64,000 nucleotides of DNA from NCBI GenBank assembly GCA_964493305.1, contig CAZBLW010000002.1, forward strand, positions 258,521 to 322,520, given 5' to 3'. This document shows, piece after piece, positions 47,178 through 57,807 of the stretch; within the stretch, counting starts at the first letter, position 1; each line of letters opens with the position of its first letter. The position numbers and the translations under genes were made by a program. The DNA comes from an uncultured Gammaproteobacteria bacterium (GTDB lineage: Bacteria > Patescibacteriota > Patescibacteriia > S139-126). The notes beneath the pieces are model-generated. The model saw only the letters and a list, made by a program, of their open reading frames with translations, was not told the origin of the DNA and searched no databases.

Positions 47178-50100
47178 ATGAAAAAGTTTTTGATCGGCAG
47201 TTTGACAGTCATGACCGTAGTTTGGGCCATGGGTTTGTCTGCTTTTGTAGCAACCCCAGCCTCAGCTGCAGTTGGTGATCTTGTTAAATCTGCTTCATCT
47301 AGCACAGTCTATGTAGTAAAGGCAGACGGTGTCACTATTTGTCAGTTCCCACATGCCAATGTTTACAAGTCATGGGGATACCCATCAAATTTCAGCACCG
47401 TTATGACTAAGGACCTCTCCAGCTACACTGTAGGATCTAACATCGAATTTAGAGATGCTTCCTTAGTGAAGGGAGATGGTCCAGCTGTATACCTCGTATA
47501 CAACAACATGAAGAGACCTATCATTTCTGATGTGGTCTTCTTGGGTTTAGGTTATGACTGGGATGATATTACCTGGTTATCCGATGCATTTTTAGCTGAT
47601 TACACCACTGGCGCTGTAGTTGATTCTTCAACTATGCACCCAGACGGTCAAATTGTTAAATATGCTGGTAGCCCAGCAGTTTATCTCATTGATAACGGTA
47701 TGAAGCGCCCGTTCGCTTCAGGTGCGGCTTTTGAAGCCAATCGTTATTCTTGGGGTGATATTATCACTATCCCTGATACCGAAACCTATCCAAATGGCTC
47801 AGCCATTTCTGGATATGAACAAGCTTTATCCTTACCAAATTGTATTGGTACATCAGCTGTTCCAGCTGGTAGTGGTTTGACCGTAGCTTTGTCTCCTTCA
47901 ACCCCAATGGCTGGCAGTATTATTACTGATTCTTCCAATGGTGGTCAGGCTTTAGCTGCTTTCACCACTGTTAACTTCACTGCCTCTTCAGACGGTGATG
48001 TTAAAGTAACCAATTTGAAATTCAAGAGAACAGGTGTATCATCTGATACTTCACTTGATAACATGTATCTCTATGATGGTAATACCAAACTAACTGATGG
48101 TGGTTCACTATCCAGTGGTATGGTTACCTTCAACAATGCTAATGGTTTATTCACAGTTCCAGCCGGCACTACCAAGTCCATTACTGTCAAAGGTGATGTG
48201 TCTACCACTGCTACCGCTGGTCAAACTATTGGTTTTGAATTATCCGGTTCTGCTTGGGTCACCACCAACGGTGCATCCGTCATGGGTAGTTTCCCAGCCA
48301 CTGGTAATTTAATGACCGTAGCTTCTGTGTCAGATTTGGCCAAAGTTGGTGTCGCTACAACTTCTGTAGCAACAACTGTTGATCCTGACTCCACTGATGT
48401 AGTGGTCTGGCAGGGTACAGTTTATACCACCAACCAAACTGTGGCTTTGCACTATGTCAAGTTTACTTCTTTGGGCAGTATTCAATATGATGACTTGAAA
48501 AACTTCAAGTTATATGATGGTGGCACTTTGGTTTCCTCAGTTGCCAGCATGACTTCTGACCGACAAGTAATGTTTGATTTAGGTAGCAGCCCAGTAAATT
48601 TCACAGTTGGTCAATCCAAGACTTTCAAAGTTATGGCTGATGTAGTCAAGGGTTCTACCCGCACTTATAATTTCACTATCCAAGAAGCTACTGATGTAGT
48701 TGCCAAGGATACCAATTATAATGTGTATGTTACTTCCAAAGTAACTAGCTCTTATGCCAATTGGGTAGTCTTGAAGATGAATTCTGATACTACTATCAAT
48801 TCCGGTGATTTAACTATTACCAAAGCCAATACCTCACCAACTGGCAATGTGGCTCAAAATGGTACCAATGTAAAAGTTGCTACCTTTGAACTAAAAGCTA
48901 CTGGTGAAGATATGAAGGTAAAAGATTTGAACGTCAAGGCTGATTTCTCTTCAGGTTATGAAGGTGGTCTTGACAATGGTAAAGTATTCTTCAATGGCGT
49001 CCAAGTTGGTTCTACCAAGGACTTAACTGAAGCTGGTACCATCAACTTTACCTTTGGTTCAAGTTTGATCGTTACAGCCGGTACTACTGGTGTATTAGAT
49101 ATCTATGCTGACATTCGTTCAGCTACAGGTACCACAATCACCGATGGTTCTGACGTTACTGTTTCTTTGGAGGCAGGTAGTTCCAATGTCCAAAAGATGT
49201 CATCTCTTGGCTATACTAGTGCTCCAAGTGCTTCAGTTCCAGCTAATAGCTTAAATGTAACTGCTGGATCATTAAGTATTTCTGAATATTCGGCTTATAC
49301 TAACCAAACTATGGTTGCTGGTAGCAATAACGTCAAAGTTGGTAGTGCTGTCTTTACAGCTGGTTCAGCTGAAGGCGTCAACGTGACTTCTATCACTGTT
49401 GATTTGTCAGCTGCTGAAGCTGGTAGTTCCACCAACATGTATTTGATGAAGGATGGTGTACAAATTGGTGTTACCAAGCCAACCTTGTCAACTTCCAACA
49501 TTTTCTCAGTCAATTTCAGCATTCCAGCTTCTGGCAGTCAGATTATTGATCTATATGCTAGTTTGAAGAGTAATGCTGGTATGGGAACATGGGAAGCCAC
49601 CATGTCAGCTGAAGGTGTCGGTTTAGTTACCAACAATACCGTAACTGCCTCATCTCAAGCTCTACAAGATATCACTATTGGTACTGGTTCATTAACTGCT
49701 ACAGCTGATGCTTCCAAACCAGATGCTGATATTATCTTAGCTGGCACAACTAAAGTCTTCATGAATGCTGTTAAGTTTACTGCTCAATATGAAGACTTCA
49801 ATGTCCAAGAATTAACCTTTATTGCTGATTCCGGCATTCAACCACATACTGGTGCTGTCACTTTAGAATATCCAGTACAAGGTGGTGGTACAGGAACTGC
49901 AATTGGTTATATGGCTTCAGGTGCAGTTACCTTCACTAATCTAAACATGTATGTAGCTAGAGACACTTCAGCCGTGTTGAAAGTTTATATTGATGTTCCA
50001 ACATTATCTTCCGGTACCATCTCAGGTGGTACAGGTGGTATTGATTGGGATGTTTCTGCCACTTATAAGCATGTTGGACTTGGTTCTGGTTTAACTGGAA

Positions 50101-50675
50101 CTACTGGTACAGCTGTTTCAGCATCAGACGTTACCGGTAATAATATGATTGTCCGCAAGACCAGACCAACAGTAACCTTAGTTTCTTTACCAGCTACTAC
50201 TTTGACTGCTGGTGATAAGACTATTTCCAAGTTTACTGTAGCCGCTGATGCTAAGGGTTCAATTGAACTCTTTGAATTGAATTGGGACGTTGCCACCTCA
50301 GGTGTAGCATTTACTAGCCCGAGATTGTACAACGATGCCAATCCAAGCACAGTGCTAACTGCTTCTGGTACCCCAGTATTTACAACTACTGGACTTGAGT
50401 ATAAACTCAACACCCCAGAACAGATTGCTGCTGGATCAAGTAAGACTTATATCTTAGTTGGTTTAGCCGGCGCTGTATCTAATCCAGCTAGTATTTCTAC
50501 CAACTTGGATGCTGATTCAAGTGGTGATACTAACGACCTTGACAGTTTATCTGCTACCTTTATTTGGTCAGATATGTCAGCGGTTCCACATGTCCTAGGC
50601 TCAGCTGATTGGGCAGGTGGTCTATATGTGAAGACTTTGCCATCTGGCACTCAAACATTATATTATCCTAATTAA
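47178..50675 (+). CDS. very large (1165 aa) secreted S-layer-like / surface array protein
   Basis: Signal peptide (MTVVWAMGLSAFVATPASA). No Cys, rich in T/S/G/V/A, with repeated ~100-aa beta-rich modules (..TV.GD.S..AT.GQTI.F.LSG..). Long structured 5' leader and two tandem terminators downstream. Confidence 0.65.
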   Translation: MKKFLIGSLTVMTVVWAMGLSAFVATPASAAVGDLVKSASSSTVYVVKADGVTICQFPHANVYKSWGYPSNFSTVMTKDLSSYTVGSNIEFRDASLVKGDGPAVYLVYNNMKRPIISDVVFLGLGYDWDDITWLSDAFLADYTTGAVVDSSTMHPDGQIVKYAGSPAVYLIDNGMKRPFASGAAFEANRYSWGDIITIPDTETYPNGSAISGYEQALSLPNCIGTSAVPAGSGLTVALSPSTPMAGSIITDSSNGGQALAAFTTVNFTASSDGDVKVTNLKFKRTGVSSDTSLDNMYLYDGNTKLTDGGSLSSGMVTFNNANGLFTVPAGTTKSITVKGDVSTTATAGQTIGFELSGSAWVTTNGASVMGSFPATGNLMTVASVSDLAKVGVATTSVATTVDPDSTDVVVWQGTVYTTNQTVALHYVKFTSLGSIQYDDLKNFKLYDGGTLVSSVASMTSDRQVMFDLGSSPVNFTVGQSKTFKVMADVVKGSTRTYNFTIQEATDVVAKDTNYNVYVTSKVTSSYANWVVLKMNSDTTINSGDLTITKANTSPTGNVAQNGTNVKVATFELKATGEDMKVKDLNVKADFSSGYEGGLDNGKVFFNGVQVGSTKDLTEAGTINFTFGSSLIVTAGTTGVLDIYADIRSATGTTITDGSDVTVSLEAGSSNVQKMSSLGYTSAPSASVPANSLNVTAGSLSISEYSAYTNQTMVAGSNNVKVGSAVFTAGSAEGVNVTSITVDLSAAEAGSSTNMYLMKDGVQIGVTKPTLSTSNIFSVNFSIPASGSQIIDLYASLKSNAGMGTWEATMSAEGVGLVTNNTVTASSQALQDITIGTGSLTATADASKPDADIILAGTTKVFMNAVKFTAQYEDFNVQELTFIADSGIQPHTGAVTLEYPVQGGGTGTAIGYMASGAVTFTNLNMYVARDTSAVLKVYIDVPTLSSGTISGGTGGIDWDVSATYKHVGLGSGLTGTTGTAVSASDVTGNNMIVRKTRPTVTLVSLPATTLTAGDKTISKFTVAADAKGSIELFELNWDVATSGVAFTSPRLYNDANPSTVLTASGTPVFTTTGLEYKLNTPEQIAAGSSKTYILVGLAGAVSNPASISTNLDADSSGDTNDLDSLSATFIWSDMSAVPHVLGSADWAGGLYVKTLPSGTQTLYYPN

Positions 50676-50719
50676 TCTTTGAGTTTAGTTAGATAGTAAA
50701 AAGTACTTCATAACGCTTT

Positions 50720-50757
50720 CCACCCCCTGTTCCTATGGCAGGGGGTGGATTGTTTTT
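50720..50757 (+). terminator. rho-independent terminator (first of two in tandem)
   Basis: ccaccccctgttcctatggcagggggtgg followed by a T-run. Confidence 0.75.
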
Positions 50758-50783
50758 AGCTCCGCTAAAAATAATATTTTGCT

Positions 50784-50815
50784 AAAAACCCCGCCGCATG
50801 GCGGGGTATTTGGGC
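50784..50815 (+). terminator. second hairpin/terminator
   Basis: aaaaaccccgccgcatggcggggtattt. Confidence 0.55.
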
Positions 50816-51139
50816 AGGATTTAGGAAATAGGATAAAGGGTAGAGGGTAGATAAAATTATTACCATATCCTAACTCCTATATCCTCAAACCCATCTCTAA
50901 TTAGTATTTTTTATTGGTTTTTGTTATAATTTTTATAGTTTATTTATAATTTTTAGCTGGTATTTGTTATTTAGATTATTGAACAAAAGGTTAAAAAAGT
51001 TTTATTATTTGTTATTTATAAGAAATTTTGTAATTTTTTAATTTTGTAATTTTATAAACAAAAGAATATAAATTTTTAAACATTTGAAATTAAAAATTAT
51101 TTAAAAATTAGAAAATTTAAAAATTAAAAATTATATAAT

Positions 51140-51943
51140 ATGAACAACCAACCAGACAATATTCAAACTAATCAGCCGGTGAGTGAAAATAAAAACCAAA
51201 ACCGTATTTGGTATTTGCTGATAATTATCGTAGTTTTGGCAATAGTTTCTTGGTTAGTTTATAACAACACCAAAGATAAAACCCCAACAGTCAGTGAAGA
51301 GCCAACCAATGGACAAGTATTGGTGGGTGGGCAAGATTTGTCACAATATTTCAAAAACGAAGACAAAAAACTATCTCCCGATGTATTACCACCAGAGGAA
51401 ATAAAGGCCAGATTTGAAGCTGATTTGGCAGCAGCGCGTCAGTATATAATTGATGAAGAGGCTAAAGGAGATGGCAATGAGTATCAGGGGTATATGGGAG
51501 TAGCCAATTCTTTACGTGCTTTGGGTGATTATCCTGCAGCTGAGCAAGCTTATTTTGATATGATAGCTAAATATCCGGATGATGAACTTATTTATCACAA
51601 CTTGGGTGTTTTGTATGAAGATATGCATCAGTATTTGGAGGCAGCTAAGGCCTATACAACTTCAATTGCCAAAAAACCAGAAGAGCTTATTGCTTATCTG
51701 AAACTAGCAGATCTTTATGTTAAACATTCAAGTCAGTCTGCCAAAGCCAAAGAAGTTTATCTCAAAGCCTTGGAAGCAACCAACAATCATCCGGAAATGT
51801 TGAAAGCTTATGCTAGTTATTTAGAAAATGATGAAAAAAATTTGCCTGAAGCTTTACTGTATTGGCAAGAAGTGTTGAAAGTAAATCCCGATAATCAAGC
51901 GGTGAAGGAGAGAGTGGAAGAGTTGGAAAAAAAGTTGAATTAA
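51140..51943 (+). CDS. TPR-repeat protein with N-terminal TM
   Basis: TM WYLLIIIVVLAIVSWLVY. TPR-like helical repeats (ANSLRALGDYPAAEQAYFDMIAKYPDDELIYHNLGVLYEDMHQYLEAAKAY...). Confidence 0.6.
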   Translation: MNNQPDNIQTNQPVSENKNQNRIWYLLIIIVVLAIVSWLVYNNTKDKTPTVSEEPTNGQVLVGGQDLSQYFKNEDKKLSPDVLPPEEIKARFEADLAAARQYIIDEEAKGDGNEYQGYMGVANSLRALGDYPAAEQAYFDMIAKYPDDELIYHNLGVLYEDMHQYLEAAKAYTTSIAKKPEELIAYLKLADLYVKHSSQSAKAKEVYLKALEATNNHPEMLKAYASYLENDEKNLPEALLYWQEVLKVNPDNQAVKERVEELEKKLN

Positions 51944-52415
51944 TTTTAAATTATAAATTATAAATTTTAAATCAATTTTTTAATTTTTAAATCAAAATAT
52001 ATGAGAGGAGAGAGTCATATTTTTGACCTTGAAGAAAGGACAGCTAAATTTGGCGAAGATGTATTGAAATTTTTAAAAGAAATAAAAGTAACAGTTAAAA
52101 ATCAGTCAATTATTAATCAACTTATAAAGTCAGCTACTTCCATTGGCGCCAATTATATGGAGGCAACAGGTGCAGAGTCAAAAAAAGACTTTAAACACAA
52201 AATTGGTATATGCAAAAAAGAAACCAGAGAAACAAAGCATTGGCTAAGGATGATTGCAATTTTCCAACCTGATAGCAAACCCCAAATTAAAACACTCTGG
52301 CAGGAAGCACATGAACTTATTTTAATATTTTCTAAGATAATCAGAACTTGTAAAAATTAAATAATTTATAATTAAGTTTTCATTTATAATTTAAAATTTA
52401 TAATTTATAATTTAA
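51937..52415 (+). repeat. ~480-bp direct repeat, copy 1 (carries the four-helix-bundle gene plus ATAAATT-tract flanks)
   Basis: Essentially identical to 54607-55085 including the ORF and both AT-rich flanks. The two copies bracket the 52422-54614 gene. Confidence 0.85.
52001..52360 (+). CDS. four-helix-bundle protein (TIGR02436 / 23S-rRNA-intervening-sequence protein family), copy 1
   Basis: 119 aa. SIGANYMEATGAESKKDFKHKIGICKKETRETKHWLRM matches the S-I-x-AN-I-A-EG...E..YWL signature of the family. Confidence 0.8.
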   Translation: MRGESHIFDLEERTAKFGEDVLKFLKEIKVTVKNQSIINQLIKSATSIGANYMEATGAESKKDFKHKIGICKKETRETKHWLRMIAIFQPDSKPQIKTLWQEAHELILIFSKIIRTCKN

Positions 52416-52421
52416 AACCCA

Positions 52422-54614
52422 ATGTCCCAAAATACCTTAAAACGAATTATTCAATCAGGACTAGCTGCAGTGCTGTTTGTACCAATATTAATTAGCGGAA
52501 AATTTTTGTTTCCTTATATCCATCTCAAAAATGCCTCATTTCGAGTGATTGTGACAGTACTTCTGGTGCTTGCGATTTGGTATTTGTGGCGACAAGGCGA
52601 GATTTATGGACGGAAAAATTATGTACTGTATGCATTTACGGGTATTTTTTTGGTAGAAATTATTGCTGGTATTTTTGGGCTAAATCCTTATAACAGTTTT
52701 TGGAGTAATTATGAGCGGATGGATGGGATTGTGCTGTTTTTCCATCTACTGCTTTATTTGTGGTTGTTGATACAATTTTTTCAAACCAAAGATGAGTGGT
52801 TATGGTTATTGCGTTCATCACTGGTAGTAGCTCTGATTTTATCGATTTATGGACTGGCCCAACGAGCAGGGGTAAGTAATGCTTGGATTTTGCCCAATGA
52901 CGCTCCTCGGATTGCTTCTACTATAGGTAACCCAGCTTATTTTGGTGGGTATTTACTGTTTCATGTATTTTTTTCGGGTATTTTACTTTATTTAGACCGT
53001 GTCAGATGGCGACAGGTGATTTATGCTTTGGGGGTAATATTTTTTACCTATATGATGTATGCCACTGGAACCCGCGGTCCTTTTTTGGGTTTTGTGGTGG
53101 GACTGGCTGTCATGGGGGCAATGTATTTTAAACATGCTGGTCAAAAACTAAAAATTGGCATAGCTATTGGTCTACTACTCATACCTTTGTCTGGAATATT
53201 TTTGTATACACAAAGAAACTCTGAGTGGTTGAAAAATTATTCTACTTTTCATCGTATTGCCAATATCAACTTGAAAGATTTGACTACCATTGATCGTATC
53301 AATACCTATGTGACTTCCTGGCATGCTTATACTGACCGGCCATTGTTTGGCTATGGACCAGAAAATTATCGTTATGGTTTCAATAAATATTACAATCCGG
53401 ATTTACATGAACAATGGTTTGACCGAGCGCACAATGTAATTTTTGATTATCTAAATTTAGGCGGACCCCTGGCATTGCTATTTTATCTGTCACTACTTGG
53501 AGCAGCAGTGTATTATCTTTGGCAGGCAAGAGGAGATGATTATTTTTTAAGTGTTTTGCTAATCAGTTTAGTATCAGCTTATTTTTTCCAAAATTTATTT
53601 GTCTTTGATTCTTTAAACACTTATTTGCCGCTTTTAGTAACTCTAGCTATGTCAGCTTGGCTTTATTTGCGCAATCAAAAGCATAGTTGGCAATTGTCTA
53701 ATAGTGCCCGAGCGTGGCAAATGCCACTAGTTGCAGCTAGTATAATTTTTGTTCTACTTAGTAATTATTTTATTGTTATCAAACCAGCGCAAGCCAATCT
53801 TATATCAATTGAAGCTTTTCGCTACACCCAAGCTGATCCCGCTAAATCTTTGGAACTTTTCGAGCAAGCAATCGATATGAATACTTATGGCAGTAGGGAA
53901 ATCATGTTACAACTTAATAATTTTGCTTCTGCAATAGTGCGTGATCAAAATCAAACTCAGGAATTACGGCAAAATGTTTTTAATACCAATCGGCGTTATG
54001 CCTTGGCGCATCTAGAAAAAGATCCTGGTGATATCCAATTTCGCATGTTGCTGGCAAATACTTATTTGAATTACTCGTCTATAGATAGTAGTTATTTACA
54101 AAAAACCGTTGATTTGTTGGAACCACATATTGCTGACTCACCGGATAGGTTGGAGTTGTATTTTACTTTGGTGCAGGCCTATCTGGGGATGAACAATTTA
54201 GACAAAGCCGGACTTTATGCCAAGACTGCTTTTTCCAAAACCCAAAGTAAGCCCTCAGTGTATCTCAATTTGATGAATTACTATGCGGCAGCCAAAGATG
54301 GTGATAATTTTATGAAAACCGCTGATGAGTATGAAACCAAATTTGATTTAGGACTGGCTGATTGGCAGCAGTTGGCTGAGTTTTATTACAACGTTGGATT
54401 GTATGATCGGGCTGAGCGTATTTTAAGAGATAAAATAATTGCGCAAGATCCTAACAATTTACAAAATTATGCAGGTCTAGTGGCGGTTCTGCGTGGACAA
54501 GGTAGATTGGATGAGGCGATTGCCTTATTGGAGCAGTTAAAACAAGCCTTTCCAGCAGCTGCCAAAGATATAGAAAGTTATCAGAAACAGCTGGAAACAG
54601 AGATGGGTAATTAA
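52422..54614 (+). CDS. O-antigen-ligase-like (Wzy_C) polytopic membrane protein with a C-terminal TPR domain
   Basis: About 12 TM helices, with ATGTRGPFLGFVVGLAVMG in the Wzy_C-like periplasmic loop region. C-terminal ~280 aa are TPR-like (LANTYLNY..., AEFYYNVGLYDRAERIL, LVAVLRGQGRLDEAIALL). Confidence 0.65.
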   Translation: MSQNTLKRIIQSGLAAVLFVPILISGKFLFPYIHLKNASFRVIVTVLLVLAIWYLWRQGEIYGRKNYVLYAFTGIFLVEIIAGIFGLNPYNSFWSNYERMDGIVLFFHLLLYLWLLIQFFQTKDEWLWLLRSSLVVALILSIYGLAQRAGVSNAWILPNDAPRIASTIGNPAYFGGYLLFHVFFSGILLYLDRVRWRQVIYALGVIFFTYMMYATGTRGPFLGFVVGLAVMGAMYFKHAGQKLKIGIAIGLLLIPLSGIFLYTQRNSEWLKNYSTFHRIANINLKDLTTIDRINTYVTSWHAYTDRPLFGYGPENYRYGFNKYYNPDLHEQWFDRAHNVIFDYLNLGGPLALLFYLSLLGAAVYYLWQARGDDYFLSVLLISLVSAYFFQNLFVFDSLNTYLPLLVTLAMSAWLYLRNQKHSWQLSNSARAWQMPLVAASIIFVLLSNYFIVIKPAQANLISIEAFRYTQADPAKSLELFEQAIDMNTYGSREIMLQLNNFASAIVRDQNQTQELRQNVFNTNRRYALAHLEKDPGDIQFRMLLANTYLNYSSIDSSYLQKTVDLLEPHIADSPDRLELYFTLVQAYLGMNNLDKAGLYAKTAFSKTQSKPSVYLNLMNYYAAAKDGDNFMKTADEYETKFDLGLADWQQLAEFYYNVGLYDRAERILRDKIIAQDPNNLQNYAGLVAVLRGQGRLDEAIALLEQLKQAFPAAAKDIESYQKQLETEMGN

Positions 54615-55085
54615 TTTTAAATTATAAATTATAAATTTTAAATCAATTTTTTAATTTTTAAATCAAAATATATGAGAGGAGAGAGTCATATTTTTGACCT
54701 TGAAGAAAGGACAGCTAAATTTGGCGAAGATGTATTGAAATTTTTAAAAGAAATAAAAGTAACAGTTAAAAATCAGTCAATTATTAATCAACTTATAAAG
54801 TCAGCTACTTCCATTGGCGCCAATTATATGGAGGCAACAGGTGCAGAGTCAAAAAAAGACTTTAAACACAAAATTGGTATATGCAAAAAAGAAACCAGAG
54901 AAACAAAGCATTGGCTAAGGATGATTGCAATTTTCCAACCTGATAGCAAACCCCAAATTAAAACACTCTGGCAGGAAGCACATGAACTTATTTTAATATT
55001 TTCTAAGATAATCAGAACTTGTAAAAATTAAATAATTTATAATTAAGTTTTCATTTATAATTTACAATTTATAATTTATAATTAA
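54607..55085 (+). repeat. ~480-bp direct repeat, copy 2
   Basis: Identical to 51937-52415. Confidence 0.85.
54672..55031 (+). CDS. four-helix-bundle protein, copy 2 (identical to 52001-52360)
   Basis: 100% identical ORF. Confidence 0.8.
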   Translation: MRGESHIFDLEERTAKFGEDVLKFLKEIKVTVKNQSIINQLIKSATSIGANYMEATGAESKKDFKHKIGICKKETRETKHWLRMIAIFQPDSKPQIKTLWQEAHELILIFSKIIRTCKN

Positions 55086-55258
55086 ACAAAAAGTTATCCC
55101 CTTGCCAGATATAAAATATTTTTTATAATAAAAACAAAGTTAATTTGAACTAGGAAGGAGGGATAATTAGTAAAAAGTTTACCCTGTTAAATTGCTTTCG
55201 CACCGCCTGTGGCGGATTTAACAAGGGTTAAAGTTTATAAAGTAAAAAGTATAAAGTA

Positions 55259-55347
55259 TTGTCATTCCGCACTTGATGCGGAATCTAAAAACAAAAACAA
55301 AAATATTATTTATTTTTTTGGATTTCTGACTAAATCAGGAATGACAA
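55259..55347. repeat. MITE-like element, full copy (second half near-identical to the 2353-2433 copy)
   Basis: tgtcattccgcacttgatgcggaatctaaaaacaaaaacaaaaatattatttatttttttggatttctgactaaatcaggaatgacaa. Confidence 0.7.
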
Positions 55348-55401
55348 AATTCTTAAATCTTAATTCGTAATTCCTAATACTTAATACTTAATTCTAAAAA
55401 A

Positions 55402-57807
55402 ATGAGGAGAGAGAAACAAAACTTATTTTTGGTTTGTTTGGGTTATTTATTAGCCCGGATAAAGCTGTGTGTCCCAATTGTTGTTGGGATTTTTTTATTT
55501 TTGGCGGTAGCACCACCTGCTGAGGCTCAGTTTTTACCTCTAGTGACCATCACCGGGCAAGTAACAGATATAAATAGTGACAAACCACTATATAAAGCCA
55601 AGGTTATGGTGGTGCAACCTTGGGAAACTGAAGATTGTTTGACAGGTAATTATACAATTTTTGGTTGTTGGCAGGATAAACATGTAATTTCCGGCCTGGC
55701 TTATACAGATTTACAAGGCAATTATAAAGTTTATACTCATGATGCTTGGGTTGATATTTGGTTGATTGTTGAAATTTATGGTTATGATACTTATCAGGAA
55801 ACCAAAAATTATAACAATTATAACCATCTACTTGATATTGCTATGACTAAAAATCCGGAAATTTTAGATCCAGTGTTAATTGTGCCGGGGATTATGGCCA
55901 GTTGGAATCGGAACCTTTTAGATAAAAATTTAGAATACGCTGATGAGTGGGAGCTTGATCCGCATTTTCATACTTATGACGGTTTAATTGCTGATTTGGA
56001 AAATTATGGTGGCTATGTACAGGGTGAAACCTTGTTTACTTTTCCTTATGATTGGCGAAAATCAAATATTTTTACGGCCGAACTATTGCACGGTGAGATT
56101 CAAAAAATAAAAAATCAGACAGGCTCTCCTAGGGTTGATGTGGTAGCTCACTCGATGGGAGGATTAATAGCCAGACAGTATATCAGTACTAATTTATACC
56201 AATATGATATTGATCAGCTTATTTTCATCGCCACGCCCCAGCGTGGCGCGCCCAAAGCGTATTTGGCCTGGGAAGGAGGGTATTTGGGTACCACGGTAGT
56301 GTCAGACTTTATCAAAGAACTGTTGGTGGCAAAAATTGCCAAAACCGACGGGTACTGTGATTCTATTTTAGAAAGAAACAGGTGTGTTTATAACTATGTC
56401 CGAGGTTATCCCGTGTCAGCTTTGCACCAACTACTGCCGGACTATGACTATTTGCAATCAGGTATCACTGGAGAAGTATTTTCCTATCCGTCTAAACATC
56501 CTTATAGTAGTTTATTGTCAACGCTCAATGCCTGGTACAGTTTAGCTAAATTTTACAACTCCGGAGTAGAAGTAAGTACGATTTATAATTCTACTCCCAA
56601 TAGTACGGTCGGTACGATCCAAGTACTACCCAGAACTGATGAGCAAAAACCTTTTTGGTACTATGGTTATCCGGATGGGTTTTCTAGTTTGTTTCGGGAT
56701 AATGGCATGGTTTATACAGATGGTGATGAAACCGTTCCTTATTCCAGTGCGACTTTTATAAATAGTGAAAGATTTATTGCTAAATTAGATACAGATCATA
56801 CAAGAATAGTAAATAAATCTTCTAAGAATATATTAGAAATACTAAATAATCAATTTATTGATATCCAAGTAGTTGATCAGCCGGATGAATATATAATCGT
56901 GCAAGTGCATTCACCAGTGGATATTTTGGTCACTACACCCAGTGGCAAAAAAATCGGATATAATGCTCAGACCAATACTGATACCAATGAAATTAGCGGA
57001 GCGTATTATTCAGGATCAAGGGCTAGTAATGAATATATTCTGTTACCTGGTAAGGAAGCGGGGAATTATCAACTAGATTTAGTGGGTACTGGTGAAGGGG
57101 AATATCAGGTAGATATTAGTTTGGTTTCAGACAACGGTTTCGTAAGTCAGATTGTAGCTAGCACAACTCATATTGGTGAACAAACTAGAGTAGGAGCAAA
57201 ATTTGATTCAGGAGGTGTAGAAATAGTTGATTTGACTGATACTACTCCACCAGAGATAGTTATTAACTCCCCACAAAGTTTTGGCGAGTATGAAGCTCAT
57301 TTAGTACTGCCAATTGAGGTAAATGTAAGCGATGAAAATAGTGGGGTAGGTGAGGTAAAAATTTTAATTGATGGACAAGAGTATTTATCAGCAACTATTA
57401 ATCTATGGGATTGGTCATTTGAGAGACATGATTTGCAAGTAGTAGCGACTGATCTTGCAGGCAATCAGGCCGTCAAAGAAATACCTTTTTGGGTTTATGC
57501 CAATTTCAACAGTTTACGTGGCAGTATTGATAGATTGTGGCAAAGCGGTGATATAATAAATGAAGAAGTCAAGAATAAATTGTTATTGGAAGTTGATTGG
57601 TTGTATCGTTCTAAAGAGTTGGAAAAGTTGTTGGAAGAAAAAAATGAACCCCAAGGTGATAGTGTGTCAAATTGGCGCACCAGTATGTCAGATTATTTGA
57701 CTGATAAGTTAGTCAATCAAATGTATAATAAGAGTTATATTTCCCAGTTTGCTAAAGAAATTTTACTTAAACAATTTTATTTTGTAACTCGTAATATAAA
57801 ATTATGA
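55402..57807 (+). CDS. secreted alpha/beta-hydrolase (lipase / LCAT-PGAP1-like esterase) with an N-terminal CarboxypepD_reg-like beta-sandwich and C-terminal beta-rich domains
   Basis: Signal anchor. ITGQVTDINSDKPLYKAKVMVVQ (carboxypeptidase regulatory-like). Nucleophile elbow VDVVAHSMGGLIARQY (GHSMGG). 801 aa. Confidence 0.65.
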   Translation: MRREKQNLFLVCLGYLLARIKLCVPIVVGIFLFLAVAPPAEAQFLPLVTITGQVTDINSDKPLYKAKVMVVQPWETEDCLTGNYTIFGCWQDKHVISGLAYTDLQGNYKVYTHDAWVDIWLIVEIYGYDTYQETKNYNNYNHLLDIAMTKNPEILDPVLIVPGIMASWNRNLLDKNLEYADEWELDPHFHTYDGLIADLENYGGYVQGETLFTFPYDWRKSNIFTAELLHGEIQKIKNQTGSPRVDVVAHSMGGLIARQYISTNLYQYDIDQLIFIATPQRGAPKAYLAWEGGYLGTTVVSDFIKELLVAKIAKTDGYCDSILERNRCVYNYVRGYPVSALHQLLPDYDYLQSGITGEVFSYPSKHPYSSLLSTLNAWYSLAKFYNSGVEVSTIYNSTPNSTVGTIQVLPRTDEQKPFWYYGYPDGFSSLFRDNGMVYTDGDETVPYSSATFINSERFIAKLDTDHTRIVNKSSKNILEILNNQFIDIQVVDQPDEYIIVQVHSPVDILVTTPSGKKIGYNAQTNTDTNEISGAYYSGSRASNEYILLPGKEAGNYQLDLVGTGEGEYQVDISLVSDNGFVSQIVASTTHIGEQTRVGAKFDSGGVEIVDLTDTTPPEIVINSPQSFGEYEAHLVLPIEVNVSDENSGVGEVKILIDGQEYLSATINLWDWSFERHDLQVVATDLAGNQAVKEIPFWVYANFNSLRGSIDRLWQSGDIINEEVKNKLLLEVDWLYRSKELEKLLEEKNEPQGDSVSNWRTSMSDYLTDKLVNQMYNKSYISQFAKEILLKQFYFVTRNIKL

